Below, one piece after another: positions 57,848-64,000 of a stretch of DNA of 64,000 nt. Location of the stretch: assembly GCA_963744375.1 (NCBI GenBank), contig CAVUTH010000008.1:6746-70745 (forward strand). The letters run 5' to 3'. The notes under the pieces were generated by a model, which saw nothing but the letters and a program-made list of their open reading frames with translations, made no database searches and was not told the origin of the DNA. Both the position numbers and the translations under genes were made by a program. Each line of letters starts with the position of its first letter. Position 1 is the first letter of the stretch. Source of the DNA: an uncultured Chloroflexia bacterium (lineage in GTDB: Bacteria > Chloroflexota > Anaerolineae > Anaerolineales > UBA4823).

Positions 57848-58850
57848 ATGCCGCCCATCCTCACCACCAACCAGCTTGCCAAGCATTTCCAGGTACCCAC
57901 CCGCCAGGAAGGGTTGAAAGCTTCCATCGGCGCCCTGTTCCACCGCACCTACAACACCGTCAAAGCCGTGGACGGGGTCTCCTTCCAGATCGAGCCGGGG
58001 GAGGTGGTCGGCTTTCTCGGGGCCGAACGGCGCCGGCAAGACCACCACCCTCAAGATGCTCAGCGGGCTGCTGTACCCCACCGGCGGGCAGGTGCGCGTG
58101 CTGGGCTTCGAGCCCTCCCGCCGCGACCACGGACTTACCTGCGCCAGATCACCCTGGTGATGGGCAACCGCAACCAGCTCGCCTGGGACCTGCCGGCGCT
58201 GGATTCGTTCGAGCTGCAGCGCGCCATCTACGGCATCCCGCACGCGGATTTCAGCCGCACGCCGCGACGAGTTCATCGAGCTGCTGGAGCTGAAAGACCT
58301 GGTGCAACAAGCCGGTGCGCAACCTGTCGCTGGGCGAGCGCATGAAGATGGAGATCGTCGGCGCGCTGCTGCACCGCCCGAAGGTGCTCTTCCTGGACGA
58401 GCCGACCATCGGCCTGGATGTGACCATGCAGCGCCGCATCCGCACTTTCGTGCCGAGTACAACCGCCGCTACGGGGCCACCGTGCTGCTCACCAGCCACT
58501 ACATGGCGGATGTGGAAGCGCTGTGCAAGCGGGTGATCGTCATCCACCACGGGCAACTGCTCTTCGACGGCGAGCTGAGCCAGCTGGTGGAGACGCTTCT
58601 CCGCCTTCAAGACCATCGGCGTGACCCTGGCAGAACGGCGGCGCCGACCTGATCTGCCTACGGCGAGGTGATCAGCCAGGAGGGCGGCCAGGTCACGCTG
58701 CGCGTGCCCAAAGCCGAGACGCCCCAGGTCACCGCCCGCCTGCTCGCCGAGCAGCCGGTCGACGACCTGACCGTGGAAGACCCGCCCATCGAAGATGTCA
58801 TCGAGCAGGTCTTCGCCCAGACACGCGCCGGATGGAGCAGGCTGGCATGA
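57848..58850 (+). pseudogene. ABC-2-type transporter ATP-binding protein, multiple frameshifts
   Basis: ORF 57848..58345 starts the NBD ([13 protein letters not shown], then [15 protein letters not shown] out of frame). ORF 58315..58536 has [35 protein letters not shown] 58302..58652 has [34 protein letters not shown] 58668..58850 has the C-terminal domain. Confidence 0.75.
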
Positions 58851-59660
58851 GACGCTACGCTCGACTATCTACCTGACCACGATGAAGCATCGCCATCCTG
58901 ACGCAGTTCCAGTACCGGGTGGCGAATTATTTCTACATGATCGGCATGATCGCCGAGCCGGTGATCTACCTGGTGGTCTGGTCGACGGTGGCCAGTGCGC
59001 AGGGCGGCTCGGTGGGCGGCTATACCCCGGCGCAGTTCGCCGCCTATTACATCGTCTGGACGCTGGTGCGCAACATGAACATCGTCTTCACCCCCTACGG
59101 CTGGGAGTGGCGCATCCGCGCAGGGCAGCTCTCCGGCGAGCTGCTGCGCCCGATCCACCCGCTGCACCGCGATGTGGCCTATTTCGCCGGCTGGAAGGTG
59201 GTCGTGATCATGCTGTGGCTGCCGCTCGCCGCTGGTCCTTTCGCTGATCTTCAAGCCCGACTCTGCACCCCACCTGGTACCAGGGCGTGGTCTTCTTCTT
59301 CGCCATCTGGGGCGCTTACCTGATCCGCACCATGCTGCTCTCGCTGCTGGGCATGATCACCTTCTGGACCACGCGGGTGGGCGCGATCTTCGAGCTGTTC
59401 TTTGCCGTCGAGCTGATGCTCTCCGGGCGCCTGGTGCCGATGACCCTGATGCCGCCGTGGGTGCAGCAGCGTGGCCGCTTACCTGCCCTTCCAGTGGACC
59501 TTCTACTTCCCCATCGAAGCCCTGGTCGGGCAACTGACCGCCGCAGCAGCTGCTCATCGGGCTGGGCATGCAGCTGCTGTGGATCGTGATCGGCTTGGTG
59601 GCGGTCAACCTGCGTGTGGCAGTTCGGCATCCGGCGCTTCTCGGCGGTAGGGAGATCTGA
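58847..59660 (+). pseudogene. ABC-2 family permease (DUF990-like), multiple frameshifts
   Basis: The ATG at 58847 overlaps the ATPase stop (ATGA). ORFs 58919..59323 (VANYFYMIGMIAEPVIYLVVWS...YGWEWRIRAGQLSGELLRPIHPL) and 59287..59589 carry the TM segments in different frames. Confidence 0.65.
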
Positions 59661-59663
59661 GAC

Positions 59664-60470
59664 ATGAGGCGTCATGCGTATCCGTCTAGGCTGAGCCTGC
59701 TGACCTACTCTGCGCATCGGCATCGCCAACGAGCTGCAGTACCGCGTCAACTTCTTCATCCAGATGCTGCAATCGCTCATTGCCCTGGCGATCGGGCTGA
59801 TCGGGCTGTGCGCTGGTCTTCAGCCACACCGACCGAGCTGAGCGGCTGGACGCAGCCCGAGCTGCTGGCGGTGATGGGCGTCTACATCCTGATGGGCGGC
59901 GTGATCCAGCCTGCCATCCAGCCCAACATGCAGCGCCTGATGGACGAGATCCAGCAGGGCACGCTGGATTTGCCCTGACCAAGCCGGCGGATGCGCAGGT
60001 GCTGGTCAGCGTGCGCGAGTTCCGCTTCTGGCAGCTGGTGGACGTGGTCGTGGGGCTGGTGGTGCTGGCATGGTCGCCCTGCTGCAGATGGCAGGCCTGT
60101 CGTTGCTGGCAGCAGGCGCTGGCCTTCATCGCTCGCCCTGCTGCTGGGCGGGGTGATGATCTACTGCTTCTGGCTGATGCTGACCTCCACCGCCTTCTGG
60201 GTCGTGCGCGTCGATGAGATGGTCAACCTGTTCCAGGGCGTGTACGCCGCCGGGCGCTGGCCGGTGGGCATCTACCCCGCCTGGCTGCGCCTCGGGCTGA
60301 CCTTCCTCGTCCCGGTGGCTTTCGCCGTCACCGTCCCGGCCGAAGCGCTCACCGGGCGCCTGACCTGGCAGACCCTGCTCTTCGCGGCTGCCCTGGCGCT
60401 GGGGCTGCTGCTGGTTTCGCGTTGGATCTGGAAGAAGGGGGTGAGGAATTATTCGGGCGCCTCGGCGTGA
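59664..60470 (+). pseudogene. ABC-2 family permease (DUF990-like), multiple frameshifts
   Basis: The start is the ATG at 59664. ORF 59664..59978 (…LSGWTQPELLAVMGVYILMGGVIQPAIQPNMQRLMDEIQQGTLD) and ORF 59991..60470 (…FWLMLTSTAFWVVRVDEMVNLFQGVYAAGRWPVGIYP...) are in different frames. Confidence 0.65.
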
Positions 60471-60563
60471 GAGAGCATTGAACCGCTAAGGCGCTAAGGT
60501 CGCTAAGGAATTTATTAGGATTATTGCCTGGCGAGTTTTGTGGTTTTGGCGTGAAGGTCCCAT

Positions 60564-60590
60564 GTAGGGCGGGATTCCAATCCCGCCAGG
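60564..60590 (+). repeat. GTAGGGC-hairpin-CCGG element (copy 4 of 4)
   Basis: GTAGGGCGGGATTCCAATCCCGCCAGG, about 95 nt after the stop at 60470. Confidence 0.45.
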
Positions 60591-60925
60591 AATTCGGGGC
60601 GGCCTGGGGGAGGTTTTGAGTAAAAAAATCCGAAATAAATAAAAACGAATGCCGCAGGCGGGGAGAGGCGGTGGGGGAGGGGTTGCGTGGGGAGAGGGGA
60701 TAGGTTTGCATAGCATGCTCCGAGGGTATTGTAGGCCGGGTGGGGTGGGGAGCGCAATCCCCCGAGGGGGGATTTTTTGGGGGGGATTAGGGTGGAAAGG
60801 AAGCGATTTCTTTCCTAAACTGAAATAAGTATCTGTTTTGTGTGCAGTACCTGCAACAAGCTCCTGGTATCGTGGGGGTCAATGGAACGACAAATACGAT
60901 TACATCACCACAGGGGAGGCTGAAG

Positions 60926-61936
60926 ATGAGCACAGGCTTGTCCAAAGCAGAAAAACTGAGGGAGATGGAGTGGCATTACTGCGAGCGGGCCTACAGCGAC
61001 AGCGAGATGGCTGCCAGGCTGGGTGTCGACCGCTCTACTGCTTACCGCGACCGCATCCTGCTGACCACGCAGGTGCCGCTCGAAGAGGTTCAGCCAGGGC
61101 GCTGGAAGATCGACCGCGCTACCTACCTCTCTAACCTGCGGCTGAACCTGCACGAAGCCCTGGCATTTACCTGACGGCGCGTCGCGCCCTCCCGCCAGAC
61201 CTTTAGCGCCCAGCCGCACCTGGCCGGCGGGCTGGAGAAGCTGTCCAGCGTCCTACACAGCCAATGACTGGGCTGTCCTAGCCCCGGTGCAGAAAGAGAG
61301 TGCGATGGCTGTCGCCAGCCAGGACGACAGCAGCAGGACTCGCCTGCAGGCGCTGGAAACGATCGACCGCGCCTGGGTGGAGCAGCGCCGGGTGCGCCTG
61401 CGCTATCACTCGATGACCCGGCCGCGACCCGTTTTCCATACCGTCGACCCCTACCTGATCGAACCTTCCCTGTGGGACACGGGCACCTACCTGATCGGCT
61501 ATCTCTGGACTCTCACCAGGAGCTGACCACCTTCAAGTTGAGCGCATCGAGTCGGCGGAGCTGTTGGCCGAGACATTCACACTACCGGCGGATTTCGACG
61601 ACAGGGAACTTCTGCGCTACGCCTGGGGCATCTGGGTCGACGAGGACGGCCCGGAAGCGGTGAGGCTGCGCTTTTCCCCCGGCCCTACCGCCCGCCGCCT
61701 GCGTGAGAGCGTCTGGCATCCCACTCAGCTGGTATGCGAATCGGACGAGGCGGCTGCACCTGGGAGGCCCAGGTGAACGACTGGCGCGTGATCCTGCCCT
61801 GGGTGCGCTCGTGGGGCCCGGACTGCGAGTGCTGGCGCCGGAGGGCTTGAGGGAGCAGGTGAAGGAGGAGGCGGGGAAGATGGCGGGGATGTATGGGGAG
61901 GAGGCGCACCAAGTGAGGAGAAACCTCCACCGCTAA
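60926..61936 (+). pseudogene. HTH-WYL-WCX transcriptional regulator (cas-associated type), several frameshifts
   Basis: The ATG at 60926 sits behind GGAGG. HTH: MSTGLSKAEKLREMEWHY...MAARLGVDRSTAYRDRILL (ORF 60842..61174). WYL core: RRVRLRYHSMTRPRPVFHTVDPYLIEPSLWDTGTYLIGY (ORF 61287..61526). C-terminal part: ORFs 61564..61776 and 61703..61936. Confidence 0.7.
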
Positions 61937-62011
61937 GGCGCGAAGAGCGCTAAGAATTCTCTCGCCTTGGGGAGATCACCCAGGACCCTGCGCCGCCGCA
62001 CAGCCCGCAAA

Positions 62012-62098
62012 GCTGCTCGCACTATGTGGGCCATACAAACCGACTGTCATCCTGAACGAAGTGAAGGATCTAAACCCTGCGCAAGCTCAAGGTGACAC
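62012..62098 (+). repeat. interspersed palindromic (REP/MITE-like) element, copy B
   Basis: GCTGCTCGCACTATGTGGGCCATACAAACCGACTGTCATCCTGAACGAAGTGAAGGATCTAAACCCTGCGCAAGCTCAAGGTGACAC. It ends 22 nt before the ATG at 62121. Confidence 0.75.
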
Positions 62099-62120
62099 AT
62101 GAAAAAAGGAGAGAATCCAA

Positions 62121-62437
62121 ATGGCAAAGAAGACTGTTCAGGAAAACCAGGAACCTAAGCGGTTGGTAGTCAGCCCGACGACCCGTGTGTTGTGGGAAAA
62201 CATAGCGCCGGAAGATTACGCACTGATCAACCTAGAACACAACCGGCTGTCGCTGCCAACCTGGAAGAGATAAACCGCACGATTATCAAGATAAATCAGG
62301 ATATCAAAGGCATCCGGGGCTGGGTGGGTTTCTTCGGCTTCCTGGCTATCCTGTCGTTCATTGGGGCTTTGGTGGCAACCTGCAATGCGCTTCTGAGTTT
62401 AACATTTATACACTTCATGTTGATTGCTGTTTGGTAA
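62121..62437 (+). CDS. small hypothetical single-pass membrane protein between WYL regulator and cas3 (one frameshift)
   Basis: The ATG at 62121 sits behind AAGGAG and gives MAKKTVQENQEPKRLVVSPTTRVLWENIAPEDYALINLEHNRLSL, then a stop. ORF 62192..62437 continues ANLEEINRTIIKINQDIKGIRGWVGFFGFLAILSFIGALVATC.... Confidence 0.4.
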
Positions 62438-62601
62438 GCCAAATCCGGTATGGTAATATTGCTAAAGAGAGGGATTTGGATGCACCCGGAATGGGTTGCG
62501 ATTCTATGCAAGCATCCAGCTATTTGTGTGGTACGTAAAGAAAATATAGGTCAATCCGTTAGCCAAAGTAGACTAGGGTAGAGACGCGGGATCGAAACAT
62601 C

Positions 62602-64000
62602 ATGGCATATTTTGCCCATTCAAACGAGCTAGGACAGGAAAACTGGCAGAGCCTGCAGGCGCACCTGCAAAACACTGCTGCCCTGGCCTACAGAATGGCA
62701 GCCGGGATTGGGCTGGCAGATTTTGTAAACATTATCGCTGCAATGCATGATATTGGGAAATATTCAAGGAGTTTCCAGAAGAAGCTGGAAGGACATTCGA
62801 TTAAGGTCGACCATTCAACCGCGGGGGCACAGTCCTTCGGCTGTTCGTTGCCAATCAGAACCAGAGGGTAATTGCTAAACTCCTGGCCTATTGCATTGCC
62901 GGGCACCATAGTGGCCTGCCTGATTATGGGAGTGAAATGGATTTTAAGCACCGATGGGACTTTACTAGGGCGTTTGAAAAAATCCATTGAGAGATTATCG
63001 AGATTATTCCAAGGAAATAGATGTATCTCTATTTCAGCCTGCCAGTAATGATTCCGATCAAGCCCATTAAAGGGAACGTTGGTTACAGCCTGTTTTTTTT
63101 TCACAAGAATGCTGTACTCAATTTTGCCGTAGAATGTACAGATTACCCTAGAACACAGAGAACTTTATTCAGGCTGGAAGGGTTTCCAGAGGTAATTTTC
63201 TCTAATCTACCAGAACTGTGCAGTAAATATACTCAATTCCTGGAGAGATTTTGACCAGCCAATCGGCTCGATCAACGCCCGTAGGACGCACACACTGAAA
63301 TCCTGTATCCAGAAAGCTGCAGAGAACCGCGGGATTATTATCCTTAACCGTGCCAACTGGTGGGGGCAAGACATTTTCATCAATGGCATTTGCACTTTAA
63401 CCATCCCCAGATTCACGGGATGGAGCGGGTTATTTATGTCATTCCGTATACCAGCATTATCGAGCAGAATGCCGCAGTATTCAAAGATTGCCTCGGTTCT
63501 GACAATATATTAGAACATCATTCCAATTTTGATGTGGAGAAGGCGACAAGTCAAACTCGAGTCGAAGAATGCTGACGATTCCACGTCAGTGTAATAAGCA
63601 ACTCAAACTGGCATCCGAAAATTGGGATATTCCGATCGTCGTGACTACCAATGTCCAGTTCTTCGAGTCCTTGTTTGCCAATAAACCCTCCCGTGCCGCA
63701 AATTGCACAATATGGCAAAGAGCGTCATTATTTTCGATGAAGCCCAAATGCTTCCGCGAGAATACTACAACCATGTCTTTAGCAGTATCTAAGAACTTGT
63801 AAAAAACTACGGTGCAACAGCAGTAATTTGCACAGCCACTCAACCAGCGGTTAAACGGTTTTTCCCGGTGGGTGCAAAATTTACGGAATTGGCGCCTGAC
63901 CCACCAGGCCTATTTGATTTTTACAAGCGAGTTCAGGTTGATAATCTTGGAAAGATCCCGGATCATGAGTTAATCCAAAGGACTAATGACCAACAGCAAG
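62602..64000 (+). pseudogene. cas3: CRISPR-associated Cas3 (N-terminal HD nuclease fused to DEAD/DEAH helicase), many frameshifts, continues past window end
   Basis: HD domain: MAYFAHSNELGQENWQSLQAHLQNTA...AAMHDIGKYSRSFQKKL...KVDHSTAGAQ, then LLAYCIAGHHSGLPDYGS out of frame. Helicase pieces: PTGGGKT (out of frame near 63355), [58 protein letters not shown] and [10 protein letters not shown]-like segments in shifting frames. Confidence 0.8.

Overview
High-GC bacterial chromosomal segment. I resolve about 60 protein-coding genes or gene remnants, plus several interspersed repeat families. I recognised no rRNA, tRNA or CRISPR array. The gene content (many secreted DUF11, BNR and WD40 repeat proteins, multi-domain lipoproteins) and the GTCATCCTGAGC...GGTGAC palindromic elements suggest a filamentous Chloroflexota-like (Anaerolineae or Caldilineae type) genome. 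That is inference only.

Layout:
- 1-4951: sugar ABC uptake operon with a decayed LacI repressor.
- 5.2-8.2 kb: small metabolic genes.
- 8.3-10.2 kb: AT-rich two-gene island.
- 10-16.8 kb: envelope and periplasmic genes (three-domain FKBP lipoprotein, S1 protease).
- 16.8-20.3 kb: intact MacAB-type HlyD/ABC/FtsX exporter.
- 21.9-24.4 kb: toxin-antitoxin remnants, a GYD protein and a class III cyclase.
- 24.5-27.6 kb: OmpR/HK two-component operon with an upstream Gly/His-rich periplasmic protein.
- 29-36 kb: a threefold-repeat secreted protein, a membrane-anchored RdhA/QueG-like Fe-S protein followed 17 nt later by a solitary contractile-sheath homolog, and a BNR propeller.
- 36.2-42 kb: GNAT, orphan HigA, and a very large HTH-STAND NTPase-TM-WD40 gene that may be fused to a BMP domain.
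- 42.2-47.6 kb: tandem cupredoxin-like lipoprotein and a DUF11 giant.
- 48.3-52.9 kb: CHAT-TPR-TM-FGE-sulfatase protein plus an unknown 376-aa partner.
- 52.9-55.4 kb: tandem acyltransferase-3 paralogs.
- 55.5-57.4 kb: a small membrane protein and an aspartate racemase-family gene, then a MNT/HEPN pair.
- 57.8-60.5 kb: three-gene ABC-2 exporter.
- 60.9-64 kb: start of a cas locus (WYL regulator, small TM protein, HD-Cas3).

A striking global feature is that frameshifts are very dense but clustered in particular genes, while neighbouring multi-kb genes are intact. This could be real decay or region-specific indel error. For that reason many coordinates below are full reconstructed spans rather than single ORFs, and frameshift positions are approximate.
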